Source: Lama glama
Lineage: Eukaryota
NCBI GenBank assembly: GCA_028534125.1
Contig: CM052817.1
Coordinates: 81,594,001 to 81,658,000, forward strand
Direction of reading: 5' to 3'
DNA length: 64,000 nucleotides
The notes under the pieces are model-generated. The model did no database searches. It saw only the letters and a list, made by a program, of their open reading frames with translations, and was not told the DNA's origin. The translations under genes and the position numbers were made by a program. Of the stretch, positions 1-14,565 are shown piece after piece (the stretch's first letter is position 1; each line of letters starts with the position of its first letter).

Positions 1-1339
1 TGAATTATAGCTCAAGAAGTTTAAATACTTAAAGCTGTTTCAGACAGACACCATAGTAGCTTACACATGTCTGCATGTATACACACATGCACGTACAACG
101 TAAACATTCTAGAAAGTTTACCGCTCTTTTTCATTTTGCTGGCAATTTATATTTGTTCTCAGAAATAAGACATCAGTTTTGTTTGGGGGTGCGTTTGTTG
201 AGTGACAAATGCTCTTCCACAGAAACGGAAGTAAGACTCAACCCACCGACCTCAGTTGCTTTAGTGGACTGCTTTGCTTTCTCACTTGAAGAACTATCTT
301 GGAGTCACCAGAGAAGTCAACCCACAAACAGAAACAAGGAGCCAACTGCCAAAGAATGGTACAAATGTGAGGACTGGCCTCGGGAACACCTCCCTTGAAC
401 AAAGGGATGATTGAGCTCGTCCGGAAGCTTGCTGCTCGCAGCCTGAGAAGTGTTTCATTTGTGCTGCAACGATCCCTGGGACTGAGGTGTGGTTTGCTCA
501 AGGGACAGTGTTCCCAGGGTGGGATGGGGACAAAGGGTCTGTATCATTTTTCACAATTTTATAAAATGCTTTGACAGGTCAATCCTGTGACATGACTTCA
601 AGCCCAGCAGAGATGAACATTTCAGATTATAAATATCTGGTTCTTTCATATTTATCAGACTCTCTTCCAAGAGACTTGCTCTACCTGAGCTTTTATCACG
701 TATTGCATATCAACGATATTAAGAGGCATAGTGTAATCATGCTTAAAAGAACCTTTTAAAGCATATAAGATTTATCAGATTGAAAAACACTACACTTTAC
801 ATAGTAATGAGTTGGAACAGAGCACTTGATATAATAAATTGGGTCTTGTGGACAAATTGACTCTAAAACTTCAGATGATGAAAACATTGTTAACCTTGCA
901 ATTTACAGCGAAATGGAAGATACAATAGAAGATACACAAGTTTTAGTGAGGAATAAAGGAAAATAAATGAAAGTATGAGACAGGAGTATGGCTTTGAACC
1001 TTTAATGGCAGCTTAAGAAGACTCAGAAAAGCTATTAGAGGCTATTGTTTAATACTTTACACTGACCCAGATCTAGCAAGGGCAGAAAAGCCTTAAAATA
1101 TTACTCAAATGGGTAAATGAGAGTCAGTCTAAGTAAAAGAGCAGTGGGTAGTTTAATTTAGAATTTATTTCTATTTCCTGATGGCAGTAAAAATCTCCAG
1201 CAATCAAAACAGTGACAAATGAGACTTCTGACCACTTCTAAGGGTTTTAGATGTTGAGGTCATGCTTCATTATCTCTAATTGGACTTTAAAATGTATCAT
1301 TTTTTTTCCTTAACACTTGCGTAGGATTTTTTTTTTCCT

Positions 1340-2160
1340 CATATGCTGCTTGGATGGCTGAGTAAATGGCAAAGTCATTCACTGAGACTGGGTATAGGAC
1401 ACAAGAGGAAGATTTGGAAGAAAAAGATGAACTTCATTTTGTAATGTTTATTATAAATTGCTAACTTGGTGGGGTGTCAAACAGGCTGCCAAATATAGAA
1501 ATCCGGAGCTTAGGAGGTGAGCTGGAGCTTGGCCACCTCATGAGTGAAAAGCTGCTGGTTGAAGTCATGACGATTAATCAGATGGCTCAGGGAAAGTAAG
1601 CAGCAGGAGAGAAGGACGAAGATAAAACTGTGAGGATTAGTGAAAATGAAAGCGCAGCAGAGGAAATGAAGGCAAGAAGGAAGCACCCTGTGCAGTGGAC
1701 TGAGTTCGCTGGAGAGTCAGTACCTTTTAGAGAAACCAAAGGAGGCCAAGCCTTTAAAGTGGAAGGTGTGGCGACCACTGAACAAAGCCACAGAAGGAAC
1801 CAATCCCCATTGGATTTTGCACTTAGGAAAGTGTTGGTGATTTAGAGTGAATGGTTTCCACAGAGTGGTGTTAAAATTGAACTGATTGTGAGGCTATTAG
1901 TGGAGACATAGGCTTCTTTTTTAAGGAGGTTTGACAAGGAGTGGATTCTAGCTGGAGGGGAGTAAACAGCCCAGGAAGATTTCTTTAAGTTTCAGAGAGC
2001 TGAACTTGTTTAAGTGGAGAAGGGAATAACCAGTAGATTGAGAAAGGAAGAAGAATAAATCAAAGAAAAGTGAACGATGGAGGTCGAGTTTGGGAGCAGA
2101 CCATGATAACGTCTGGCAGAAAGACGGAAGGATTAGATCGGACAGAGGAGAGCTGTTTTT
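1340..2160 (-). mobile_element. L2 LINE fragment
   Basis: Purine-rich L2 antisense pattern: cattcactgagactggg, aaagatgaacttcatttt, gaagtcatgacgattaatcagatggctcaggga, ccattggattttgcacttagga. Confidence 0.65.
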
Positions 2161-3807
2161 CCCTCAGAAGAAAAGGCAGATGTACCTTCTAGAAAAACAC
2201 TCAAATTCCTTTTCTTTGTGATGGATGGGGATACTGCTTACGCACCTCTAAACTCAGAGAGAGAAACTATTAAACACTTGATAGATGATGGCGAGTAAGT
2301 TCAACCATGCTAATCAGCAGTCTCCCAGGTAAGCAGCAGGAAGAGCAAAATCTGGCTCTATCCAGGAGGCTGTGCTCACGAATGCTCTGGTTACCGTTGA
2401 TTCCATTCAGCAGCCACCAAGCCCAGTGGGGAAAGAGAGCTTCAGGCGAGGAGCTGGATGACAAGAGCCAAGGCATCATCCTGCCGACTGCGCCGCCTCT
2501 GAGTCCGTGTTCACAGCACAGCGTCCTCTTTCTCACTTGGCTTCCTACCATAGCCTTTCTGCAAATGATCTTCCGATGGTCACATTATTCCTTTCCTGTG
2601 CATTTCTGATTCTATCTTCTTTTGCATCTGGCTAGTCTGAGCCAGTCCCTGAAAGACTGATCCCTGAAAGACTGATCCCTACTGGCTACAGTATTAAGAA
2701 TGATTCTGGACTTTAAAGCTTGGGAGAACTGAGCCTTGACAAAGATGATCTCACCGAAGCCATGACACCCCGTGGGGCTCTGCCCAATGGCTGATCAGCC
2801 CCCCTCAATGACATCGCCATCATCTTTATCAACCCAGATATTGATTAAATTATACAGAAAAAGAGTAGACTTTACACATTTCTTTAAAATCTCATGCCTG
2901 AGGCTTTCTGCAGTTTTAGCTAATGTCTGGGCACGTTAGGCCTGTGTTTCTTTTCACGGCTGCATTGTGCTCTATAGCTAGCTAGATCATAGCTGTATTT
3001 TGCTGATATTTAATTCAGTCTTTTAACATGCCTTTCATTTTCTCTTATCCTAGGATTTGTTTTTTGATAAAGGGAAAATAACTAAGCATATTTTCTTTAT
3101 TTCTCTTTCAAAAGCAAGGGAAAAAAAGATTCAGGCATCACTAGAGGCTCTCTATTTTATAGAAATTTGATTTATTTGATGATCTAAAAGCTTAGTTTTT
3201 ATAGTTCAATTAAAGTATGGTTGGAATCCAAGTATGAAAATTATATTTTACAAGTCTTATAAACACTAAAATGGTTAATTAACTGCAGGGTAAGCAAGAA
3301 GGGAAAATGCCAGCAAGAACAGAGGAAATGTTTGGTGATTTTAAGAGAGGGAAAGACAGTTTAACTTTTAAAGGATAGCTGATGTTTTCTGAATGACACA
3401 TTGATGAGAATCAAGAAGCTATTTTTCCCCATAACTTTCCTTTGAAAAACATTTTTTCCTTGCAGATGTTGGCTAAATGTCTTATTTTTCATTCCTTTGT
3501 ACATTTAGTTCAGAGTTTATTATCCCCTTACAGCACTTACTTAAAGGCTAACATTTGATTTCTGTTCGGGATATATAACCATAGCACCCATTTTGGTGAG
3601 CCTCAATTTAGAGATAGATGGCATTAACTGGAAGCAATTGTGGAAAAAGAGGAATTTTGTGTAACTGTCAAAGTTCACAGTACTTGAAACCAAGCTGTGG
3701 ATTGTCTGTCTCTCAGCTCTCTCTCCACATGAGGAGCTCTGAAAACCAGTAAGGGTTGGTGGCATAGGCATCCCAGATCGGTCAAAGCTTTGATCTACCT
3801 GATGTGT

Positions 3808-3808
<1 letters not shown>

Positions 3809-3840
<32 letters not shown>
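3809..3840 (+). repeat. (CA)16 microsatellite
   Basis: Read directly from the sequence. Confidence 0.98.
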
Positions 3841-3843
<3 letters not shown>

Positions 3844-5913
3844 GAGACTTTTTCCTTTAGAGTTAGGACTTGTCAACTGTTAAAGAGAAGCAAAAGAAAG
3901 AATCAATGAATAAAACCTATCCATTTTCTTAATTGTCCTTTGCAAGCACTGATCTTTCATGACTGATAGATGGGTGATGCTTAAACTTTATGTCACATTT
4001 TTCTGGAAATCTTTTAGGGCAATGTTGAGGCGTAAAGAGAGGAAATTGAGAGAAATTTAACAGGGCCAGATTGTGGGAAGCTGAGAGAAGAGTTTGATGT
4101 TTATTTCATAAGCAATAAGAGAAACTGCCCGTTCTTAAATGGGAGTGTAACATGAAAGCCTGAATTGTTTTAAGAGAAGGATTATAGTTAAGTTCTCTTT
4201 GCAGTCACAGCGCTCACCCCTGAGAGCAAGTCTCCAAATATTTGTTAACAATAATATGACGTTAATGTCAAGACCTGCCATATGTCATGGTTCTAAGGCT
4301 TATGAATTATGTTAGAATCGAATAAAAGAAGGAGTTGGCCTGGACTAGAGCTTGGCTTTAGTGAGAGTGGTTGGATTAACAAAACCCAGTGTGGCCCCAC
4401 ATCTAGCCCCCACCCCAGATTTAGTGTATGTGTTGTGTGTTTTTGTTTGCTGGTCTGCTTGCTTTTTTCTGCCCCTTTACTCAAGTTCTTTAAGTTGGGC
4501 TTAAGCATTTTAAGTAAGCTAATAGAAGATATCCAGAATAGGCATTATTCTTACGTTCAAAAGTATTTCGTGCTTCCTTCATTTTTTAACGTCTCCATGG
4601 TATTTTAACGGGAAGTTATGAAGAAGCGTAACAGGCACTGCCTGACTTCTGCTGTCCTGACTCAGGAGTTTTTACAATTTCTGATTCCTCAGTTGATCTA
4701 TTATGTGCCCAGCATGACATGTCTCCAAGATGGGAGAGGAGAGTGAGACCTGGGAGATAACCGTGACATGAGAAATTGTAAAAAATAAAAAGGATCATTA
4801 TTTCAAGAAATAGATAGTTCAAGATAAAAGCAAACTTTTTCCTTAATAAGCTCTAATCATCAGCAAAGCCCTTGCCTGGAGAAGTGTTCTGTTAGTAACA
4901 AAATGCATTCGTTCTGGTTATAATCGACTCTCTCTCTTTTTTTTAATGTTCATTTTTTGGAGTTTGCAGCAGAGGATTCCAAGTTTTAAACATTAATTTC
5001 CTGGACAGCACTTTATCTGGTTTTATCCATCCCATTACCGTCCTACCTATTACCATGTTTTGAGATTACTGTCAATGGCTCTATTTTCTATTATTCAAGT
5101 TTTAAGGGTGCTAAGGAAATTTACTCATTATTTTACAGGTTAAAAACCCAATTCATAGTTAGCATGGCTTCATGCAGTAATATTTTAAGGAAGGTACACA
5201 AGCGTGACCTTTATATTTTTAATTATACCATTTGACTCTCTCCAAAGGATGTTACTATGAGGCTTTCTGATGGCTAGAGCACCATATAAATCCAAAACAC
5301 ATTTTCTTGGGCTGGTGTGGGGAAATCCACGTTACTGCAGGAATATAGTACAAAATTACTTTATTACCTATAGCCTCATAGTATCCAGCTGTCAATAGCT
5401 AGACATTTATTATCCCACTTGACATCCAAAAAAAAAAATATGAGAAATGTTTAAAAAGCAATTCAACTTACATTTCCATGGGGCATGACGTGTGCTGCAG
5501 TACTTAAAAGGCAGATGGAGGTAGCATAAATGAAAGCTCCTATAATTGTGCTATTTTTACCATGAATATTATTTTTCCAGATTAATTTAGCTTGGGAAAG
5601 AGTAGTTCATATTTTTATTAAAAAATGATGTTAATTTTAATGTGGATTCTCATTCCTACATTCAAATAAGCTAGAGATGTGAGATTTGTAATCAAAATAT
5701 TTTCTGTATTATGGAATCACTAATACTATATTATGTATTACCAATAACTTCAAGGTTAAAGACTCTAAAATATAGCATATTATTTAAAAATAATATGCTT
5801 CTCAGATGTATTACTAAAATTGATTCATAGAAACATGTTATACAAAAGTCTCGGTCCAAAACCACCCTTGGATGATACATTTTAAAAAATCACATTCGTT
5901 TTTATCAAATGAC

Positions 5914-6015
5914 TGTGGTAATCTGCTTCCAAATAGCTCCCAATTGTCCCTAACTCTCGATATTCATGACCAGTTTAGTCCCAGCCCCTTCCTGTGAACT
6001 GGGCGTAATGACTGT
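5914..6015 (+). mobile_element. MaLR LTR 5' fragment (MLT1F/G-like)
   Basis: tgtggtaatctgcttccaaatagctcccaattgtccc...gatattcatgacc resembles the MLT1F start. Confidence 0.5.
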
Positions 6016-8524
6016 CATCTTTGTTTTTATACTTCATACATATATCATATTTTATTAATTACTCATATTTTAAAATTTCCCATCGGTTGAACAGATCCTA
6101 ATTCTGTAGTGAATTGATGCTGTTCTTTGTCATCTGATAACCAGTATTAAAAAACCAAAAAATGTATGGACAGCATAGGTCTGTCCTATGGAATAACCAC
6201 AGCATACTAGATGTTTACAGAACAAACACATTCAATCCTGACTTTGGCCATATATTTATGGTCTAAGGAGCCAAGAAGAACAAGTACATCATCGATGTCT
6301 AATTGAAACTGTGCAGTGAGAGGAAGTTGGAAACATTAACAGAGCAGAGAAATTAAGTATCTTGTATTTTAGAGACAAGAATATATTCTTTTGACCCTTA
6401 CTTAATTGAAATGGATTTCCTGGAGAACATGAAGGTTTACATGGACTTGTGGGTCAGAGTCTTTACCAGGCGGGTGTTTGTATAGGGAAAGAACAGTCTA
6501 CAAATTAGCATTTCTGTTTTTAGAACCTATCTAGATAGGGAACAGACAATGTTCCTCTTTTTATCTCCCTGAACCTGACCTTGGCTTTGCTGGGGAGTCT
6601 GCTAGTCTATCTTATCTACCAAATGTGCACAACATCTGCATACTATCCCTCTGCAGTCCGTTCAAAACCATGGAGGATTTTGTTTACTGGGGTTTTACTA
6701 TTTCTCTCCAAAAAGGAAGAAAGCAGTGCTTTTTAAGCACCTGGAGGGTAGAGATTTGTGTTTATTTTTCTATTCTCAGCACCAGCAGAGTGCTGTCGTA
6801 TATCTGGTCCCCATTAATACTTGTTAAAGTTTTACTCCAACCCAAGGGTGTCAGGAAACATATGAGAGACATTTGAGATTTCTTCCTGTGCGTTCAGAGC
6901 ACAATATGTATAGTGGGTATTTGCTTTCTTCATACCATATTCTAAGCATACCCTTCTTTAATAAAACTTAGGCAAGAAAACCTGGCAAAATCTCTTTTAC
7001 GTCCCAGGAAACTTCAAAACTAAAATCTTTTTTTTTTTTTTTTGCACTTTGCTTCTATTCTATGGCACTTCCTACTTTGCTCCCTCCTCCCTGCCCTGTC
7101 ACTCAACCCATCCCTTTTTATTCCATGAAATCTCAGAAGCTGGAATGACACTTGGAATAGGACTGACATTAATGATCAAACTCTTAGTGGAAAAGAGAAA
7201 TGAAGAGAAACTAGACTCATTAGGAAGCTATAGTACTGGGGAATAATGAACTGACCAGAGCAGGGCCAAGGGGAAGGAAGATGGGGATCCAGGACCAAAG
7301 AGTAGGAACAAAATCTTGCCTCTCCTGACAGCCTGCTCAGTCAACAATATGATCTCCCTGTAGAGTTGTTCTACCCTTTCACTCCAAAGAGGGAAAGAGG
7401 TGTGAGAGCTGAGAATGTGAAGAAAGGTGTCAGCACTGTGACAGATGTGGTGCATTGATACTCACGTTCTCTGGCCTCGCTCTACGTATTAAAAATAGAT
7501 TGTACTGTATTGGCGCTCTGTCTTCCTCTTTTTACAAACCCTAAAATCGGTATACTATTGATTTCTCAGTCCATGGTTAAAGAAGGCAAGATTTATTTTC
7601 AGCAACCATCTAGGCATTTAGTTAAGTGTTTTATATTAAAGAAGTCTTATAGTATGGATTTAAAGGTGAGGGTTTCCAACCATGAATTTGTTGGTTTGTT
7701 GGGGTATGTGTGTGTGTTTATGACGTGTATATGAATATATAGATGTATAAATGTGTACATTGTATATATAAATACAGAAGATAATCCTAGGTAAATATAA
7801 AAGGTTATACATAAATGATACCAGATATATATGATAATATATATATGAGGCATAAGGTTTATTTCCTTCTTGATCCTAAGGTAGCCTAACAAAAGATTAG
7901 ATTTTCACTTGAAAGTAAGCAGTGTCCTGTCCCTGGAGGGAAGGGGGCAGTATGAGGGAAGGATTTGTGGACATACTGAATGGAGTAGATCTCTAACTCA
8001 TTGGAATTCCAGTCTTATGAGCTCAGTGGGTTCAAGAGTTCATAAGAACATAAAGTCCCCACATAATATTTGATATGTTTTATGAAATAAGAAATGAACT
8101 GTGTAGGTGTAAGAGAGTAAAAATTATTTAATTGTCTACCAGTTCACCCAAAAGCATTGTATTCAGCCCTAAGGTTTTTGTTCCATGGTATCAAATTTTA
8201 TATCAATTACATAAGGTAAAATCAGTTTTCGCATGTCAGACAAAATCTGAAAAGGGTAAGATATTAGATGTTGTGTATAGTTAATAATCTGGGTTTTCTT
8301 GTAGGTTTGAAATTAAGAGTATTTACTTAAAAATTAAAATATTTCAAATGTAAAATGGAATGAAATTGGATTTGAAAAATAAAACTCAATTTATTTATAT
8401 ATTTAATCATTTTATTTATTTATTTATGGACTACTTTACTCCAAAATGATTTCACTCATAAAAATTAATTATATGTGAAAAACTGAGGAGGAAATTGCCA
8501 AACAGCACATTAATTAACCTTTAT

Positions 8525-8730
8525 TAAATATCACTTAGGTGTCAGAAACGTTCATATTCATCACCTCATATATTCCGTTCCACAAACTCTGTCAGGACTA
8601 TTTTTGTTTTTTAAAAAACACTGTAGCTCATATAGATGAAGTCATTTACTTGCCCATTACGATAAAATAAGAACATGTTAAAGCTTGGTAAACCAGGACT
8701 TCCAACTCTGTAACGATTTCCCCAGCACTA
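8525..8730 (-). mobile_element. MIR SINE
   Basis: ttattaaatatcacttaggtgtcagaaac...cacaaactctgtcaggactatt...tcatttacttgccca. Confidence 0.5.
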
Positions 8731-9789
8731 CCTATCACTTTCTTTTTAGCTTAGAATCATGATCAAAGTTATATTTTTCAAACTTTCAAAGGATTAGAAA
8801 CAAGATAAAAATTTCCTGGTGAATTAAGCAGAAAACCACGGCTTCAATCCATTAGTAAAGCATAGTAAGCATAGGAGGGCTGAAACAAATGTTCTATACA
8901 TATATGTGGTTCCTGGCTTTAATGATCGATTTCACTGTATGTCAATGGTATTCTGGGAGCTCAGTCACTATCACAATTTATTTTGAGTATTCTAAAATAA
9001 AATATATGTGCAAATTGTTATTAACTAGAAAAAAAAAAAACCCTGACAGCTGGCATGTTTCTGAAGAGCGTCAGAACCGCTCAGACCAGGCTCACTCCAA
9101 CTGCAGAGCACAACTGTTGTTAATAACTCGTTACCCTCAAGTGCTGTGGCCCCAGTGCTCCACTCGTTTCCTCTCTTCCCAAATTCCAAATTCTATCTGA
9201 GCGCTGACACTTTGCAGCAGAGAGCCGCTCCTTCTACCTGACTGAGAAGTCAGTGCTGCCGAGGTGCGTTTCCTCCATCCAGGTGCCCCTCAAGCATCAC
9301 CGCTGTGGCGTTCAGACCCCTGCTCAGCTGTTTCTTTTCTACCATTGTGGAGGAAGTCTGTGCCTCATGTTTGGAGGCGAAAGTATCTAATTATAGTTGC
9401 AGTCTCTATTTCCTCTGTCTCCATGAGGACCTTGCTCTGTCCTTTATACCTCGTCTCCCATTTTTTTAATTCTTTCGAAGAAAATGCATGAAATTCAAAT
9501 AATTTTGCAGGCCACGTGCAGATCCCCACCCTCCATTTTCAAGTCGCTTCCCATCTGCCTCTTAGCCATCCCTATTCAGCCGCCAAGTGCACAACTATTA
9601 CTCATTAGCACAGAGTAGATGTGTTTGTGTGTGTGTCTGCATTTCTGTGCATGGAAAGGTCTCTTCTGTGATAGACTCACTGCTCTTTATTTGGACACTA
9701 TCAATAGAAATTTTAGGCAAGCCAAATACCACTCTGAATAGAGGATTAAATATTTGTGTAGGAATAAGGAACATGAAATCTGCCCACCT

Positions 9790-9940
9790 GACATGGACAA
9801 TTATTTAGTCTCTCAGTGTCTTATTTTCCTTGTGTTAAAATGGGGATAATGGTGGTACCTCGGTGCAGCCTTGTAAGGGAATTAAATGAGTCAAAAGTAC
9901 AGATTGCTTAGAAGGGCATCTGTCATCTAACAAGGTCTGT
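9790..9940 (+). mobile_element. MIR SINE
   Basis: tctctcagtgtcttattttccttgtgttaaaatggggataatggtggtacct...aattaaatgag (MIR core). Confidence 0.75.
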
Positions 9941-10789
9941 GTAATGATGATGATGAAGATGAGGATGCCCGGTCTCCTGCCCCTACTGGCTCTGCACTGT
10001 CTGGACTGACTAGTCCCGCTTTTCCTAACAGTGGATGCATCCTTCAATTTGATGCTGTGTAGTCATGACTCCGGTTTTAGTTTAAACAAATTACGGTGGA
10101 ATGTTGTGAAATGTTACAGTACAATGCTGTTGCTGCTGGGACTTTTTTTTTAAAGCATAGCTAGTAGATCAGTTTCTATAGTATTGAACCCAACAGCAAC
10201 TAGTTTCTATTTCTCCCTAATTAGCATCCTGATTTAACTCTATGACTGAGCAATCCTTATTTGCCAGCTAAGAGCTGAAGCTATAAAACACCCACAGTCA
10301 AAAATCTGTTAAGGTACTCTCTCTTTTTTCCCACAAATATCTCAAGGAAGTGATAACCTCTTTCATCTTGAAGCAGACAATGCCTCGCCTGAGCTAGCAC
10401 AGAGGTGTGAAATATTTACCCTCTGTTTATTACCCTGTCATCAGGTGCTTAGATGGGTCACCATTGGGGCAGGAAACTTTCATATTACTATAGTAAGGAA
10501 TGTGATGTTTTCTTATTTGCTAAAACAGCTTACATGACCATTTTAAAGTGATTTCATAATCCTAAAAGGCTGAGTAAAAGTAAGTAGGTGGTATGGGAAA
10601 ACAAAAGTAGAAAGAGAGGGGAAAGGAATGAGACAAGATACATACAGGGTGATAAATATTGGATGAAGCCTGAGGCAAACATACGGGTGATGAGTCAGAG
10701 GTTCGCACAGGAGAACATTTGTCACTGGTGGTGGCATTAGTAACAGGTAGAAAAGAGAAAAGGGGAACCCCACCTAGGGATCTTAGAGT

Positions 10790-11172
10790 GATGCAGCTGG
10801 ATGGCTCCTGCTAAGGGGGTGTTTCTCACAGAGGAGCAATCAGACTGTTGGATGGCACTGCTGCCATCTGAAGGTCCAAATGGTGAGGATCTGCTTCTGA
10901 ATTCATCACAGAACTTTTGGCAGATCTTGGAAGATTTACTTCCAACCTTACTCACGTGGTTCTCTCTGTAGGGCTGCTTTATGTCACGGCAGTTGGCTCT
11001 CTCCAGAAGCAAGAACTCCAAGAGAGTAAGAGAAAGCCAAGGGACCCAAGATGGAAGCCACAGTCTTTGATAATCTGATCTCAGAAGTGACACATCATCA
11101 TTTCTACCGTTTTTGTAACCACAAATACCAGGAGGTGGGATAATCGGAGGCTGTTTTTGACACTGCCTCGCA
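10790..11172 (-). mobile_element. MaLR LTR (MLT1F/G-like)
   Basis: ccaagatggaagccacagtctttgataatctgatctcagaagtgacacatcatc and aataccaggaggtgggataatcggaggctg...gcctcgca match the MLT1F start in antisense. Confidence 0.75.
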
Positions 11173-11379
11173 TGCTGGATTCAACACCATCCCTCAGGGC
11201 AGTCCCAGACCTGTGTACGGGTGACTAGAGAACTCAGGTATGTGTCTATGAAATGATAGTAGTATGAAGGAAAATCCCTTTTTGTTAAAGTTCTACTCTT
11301 TTTCTAAGACTTCAGAAATACAATAATGACAACAACAAAAAAGGTCTTCTCCCTTAGCAGTACGCATAGAATTATTTTT

Positions 11380-12240
11380 TAACATTTAAATTGTGATAGC
11401 CAGTATTTGCTTTAAACTATCTCCATGTAAAAACATTAGCATTGAAAAGAAACAAGATGGCAAAGACTAGTGAAGCATCTTTGAACTGTATTATGGATAC
11501 TTGAAAAAATGACCATAGTAACCTATCACACCTAACAGACTGAGTGATAATTTCTTAGAATAACACAGCACCAAGGAAATAATCAAAGTTCCCAATTTGC
11601 CTCCAAAATATCTTTCTACAGTTGGTTTATTTATCCAGGATCTTAATAAGGATCCACCTTATTGATTTAGCTGAGTATATGCTTGTAGTGTCTTTATGTT
11701 TCTCTATCTCCTGTATTTTCTATAAATTGCTTTTTATGTCTAGAGGCTTGACTGGATTCTGATTCAATTATTTTGGCAAGACTACTTCCTAGGTAATTCT
11801 GTGTACTTCCTCTGTGACATCAGGAGATGTGTAACGATATCAAATCGGTTGTTTTGTTCAGGTGTTGTCAGCTTGAATAATCCATTATAAAATTATCAAC
11901 CTTTCACCCAGTTTCTTTAGCATTGTGGTCATTTTCCAGATTCTTTGCTGCAAAATAGTAATTTTCTAGTTAGATCATTTCTTTGGCATTTATAAGCTGG
12001 AACTCTTCTATAAGAATACTTTTTTTTTTTTTTTACTCATCATGTATTTGGTTTCCCTGAAATACAGTTTGTACAGAAAAGGCAAAATAATGATTAATTT
12101 TTTACTTTTGTTCATCAATTTTTCTGATAAGTTATTGCCCTAGCCACCTCTGAATTTAGTCAATGAGGGGGTGTTTTAGTATAGATTTTTATATATTTGA
12201 TATGTTTCAGTTCTTGGCTCTGATTATTATAAGCTTTGAG
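11380..12240 (-). mobile_element. Ancient L1M (L1MC4/5-like) 3' fragment
   Basis: T-rich; ttggtttatttatccaggatcttaataagg, tagaggcttgactggattctgattcaattattttggcaag, gtacagaaaaggcaaaataatg. Confidence 0.55.
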
Positions 12241-12492
12241 ATTGTGTAAGGTCTTCTGTGTTCTTATTTTTTTCAATTGGTCTTATCACCACTTGAGATA
12301 TTAAGTAAGTACTTTATTAATAGTCTTTGTTATCTTTCTTCTATATTAGAATGAGCTTCTTTAGGGGTGGGATTTTGTTGGCTTTGCCTATTGTGCAGTA
12401 TTTCAGATCTAAGAACAGTTGTGGATTCACAATGTGTTCAACAAATATTTGTTGAAAATGGTCAATGAACCTAAGCAGTTACCTACCAACTC

Positions 12493-12506
12493 TGTGTGTG
12501 TGTGTG

Positions 12507-12541
<35 letters not shown>
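12493..12541 (+). repeat. (TG)n microsatellite with one CG interruption
   Basis: Read directly from the sequence. Confidence 0.98.
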
Positions 12542-12545
<4 letters not shown>

Positions 12546-12638
12546 ACAGAAGGAGAGGGAGACAAATACAGAGACAGAGTAAAAAAAAATCTGGCCCTAT
12601 GGTCCACTGTCCACTTAAAGAAATTACAGTGAGGGAGA

Positions 12639-12673
12639 AGGAAAATCAGGAAAATCAGGAAAAATCAGGAAAA
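12639..12673 (+). repeat. Short tandem repeat, (aggaaaatc)-like unit, about 3.5 copies
   Basis: aggaaaatcaggaaaatcaggaaaaatcaggaaaa. Confidence 0.85.
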
Positions 12674-13319
12674 ACTCATTTGTATGAGTTTTCAAAAATA
12701 TAAAAGAAAAAGTATTTTAGGAGATAAGACACAGAGAAAATAGACCATCAACTTAAAATGTTCCTGAAAGGTTTGCTAAGATGAGAACAAAAGCTTAATG
12801 ACTGAATTCGGCAAGTTGCCAGAGTGATCCACGACCAGGTCTTAAGATCTATTCTCTTCTCTGTCTACACTCACTTCCTTGGAACCCTCATCCAAATCTT
12901 AAACTAAAAGCCAGATATATGTAGAGGACTCTCAAATTCATATCTTTATAAATAACGGCAATTTAAGCTGATATATCCCTCTGACATATCCAACTCAACA
13001 TCTCCACCTGCACGTTCAGTAACCACCTCACTATTTCCAAAACCCCTTTGTCTGTCCTCCCCAAAATTCCTGAAACCTGGTCCACCTGTACAGTTATAGG
13101 TAAGTCCATCCTTCCTACTGATCAAGCCAAAATAGTCCTTGACTCTCTTTCTGTAGCACCTAGAAGACAGATAAGCAGAGACCTAGGTAGAAATAATGAG
13201 ATCTACCTTAGTTGGATTACACCAAAAAAGAGTCTCCGTTCTGGCAGGAAGCTCCTATTAGGCCGGGCCACATTTCTAACACACCAGATGAGAGCAGAAA
13301 GAGATCCAGGGAAATCATG

Positions 13320-13490
13320 ACCCTCTCCACTGTCCAGCAGGACCATTTGAAAGATATTTAGAAATACAGATGCTGGTGTCCCCACCTTAGATCTATTTTC
13401 AGAAATGTGGATATGAGACCCAGGTCTATTTATGTTAAAAAAAAAAACTATATATTTTTGCCATGTAGATGTGGATTGAGAATAACATTG
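13320..13490. mobile_element. MER5-like MITE, degenerate
   Basis: agaaatacagatgctggtgtccccacc...gagacccagg...ttgagaataacattg. Confidence 0.5.
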
Positions 13491-13876
13491 TCAACTAATT
13501 ACCACTTGATATGAAACATCCCTTCCCCTTCCTCTGTTGCCAGGATCTATTTCTCAGGCATCATCCTCATGATGTCTCTTTTCTTGTATAAGGGTCCTAA
13601 AGAGGCCCTTTTATGGCAATGGGGAAGCTAGTTTAGAGCTATTATCTTCACAGTTTTTGCTCATATAGTCCCTAAATGACTTTGAAAAATAATATGCCTC
13701 CTCACATTTGTTACAATTAAATTTTACAATTAAAATTTGTCATAATTTGTTGAAAATTAAAACCTTTTCATTATAAATGCAAATTGCAAAAGATATTAAT
13801 TTTAATGATTTTTAAAATTCTATGTTATGTGACAAAAATCATTTAATAATCTAATATCCTCCCTCAAAAATAACTT

Positions 13877-14565
13877 TTTGAAGAAATTGAAATATAGTTG
13901 ATTTACACAGTTGTGTTTCTGGTGTGTAGCATAGTGGTTCAGTCATATATATATATATGTGTGTATATATACACATATTCTTTTTCATTATAGGTCATTA
14001 CAAGGTATTGAAAATATTTCCCTGTGCTATACAGTACAACCTTGTTGTTTTATCTATTTCATACGTAGTAGTTTGTATCTGCTAATCCCAAACCCCTAAT
14101 TTATCCCTCTCCTCCCCTTTTCCCCTTTGGTAACCATAAGTTTGTTTTCTATGTCTGTGAGTCTGTTTCTATTTTGTAAATAAGTTCATTTGTCTCTTTT
14201 TTTTAGATTCCACAGATTGGTGATATCATATGGTATTTGTCTTTCTCCTTCTGACTTAGTATGACAATCTCAGGGTCCATTCATGTTACTGCAAATGGCA
14301 AAAAAATGTATTCCTTTTTATGGCTGAGTAGTATTCCATTGTGTGTGTGTGTATGTATGTATGTATGTATACCACAACTTTTTAACCCAATTGTCTGCCA
14401 ATGGACATTTAGGTTGCTTTCATGTCTTGGTTCTTGTAAATTGTGCTGCTGTGAATATTGAGGTGCATGTATCCTTTCAAATTAGAGTTCCCTCAGGATA
14501 TATGCCCAGGAGTGGGATTGCTGGATCATATGGTAAATCTGTTTTTAGTTTTTCAAGAAATCTCC
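13877..14565 (-). mobile_element. Young 5'-truncated L1 3' end
   Basis: ccctgtgctatacagtac, cccctttggtaaccataagtttgttttctatgtctgtgagtctg, ggatatatgcccaggagtgggattgctggatcatatgg. Imperfect TSD aaaaataa(c/g)tt at ~13866 and ~14567. Confidence 0.9.

Larger units (their letters stand above)
12280..13160. mobile_element. Cluster of L2 fragments: + 3' end 12280-12470, - 12600-12830, + 12840-13160
   Basis: tgttcaacaaatatttgttgaaaatg (L2 tail); ctattctcttctctgtctacactcacttccttgg; gactctcaaattcatatct; acatctccacctgcacgttc. Confidence 0.6.

Noticed and set aside
2480..2510. Possible CTCF site (gcgccgcctctgagt)
   Set aside because: Does not fit the CCASYAGRKGGC core spacing.
2647..2680. Short tandem duplications (ccctgaaagactgat x2; also ~16554, ~31896, ~61466)
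   Set aside because: Ordinary slippage duplications with no array structure or spacers; not CRISPR-like.
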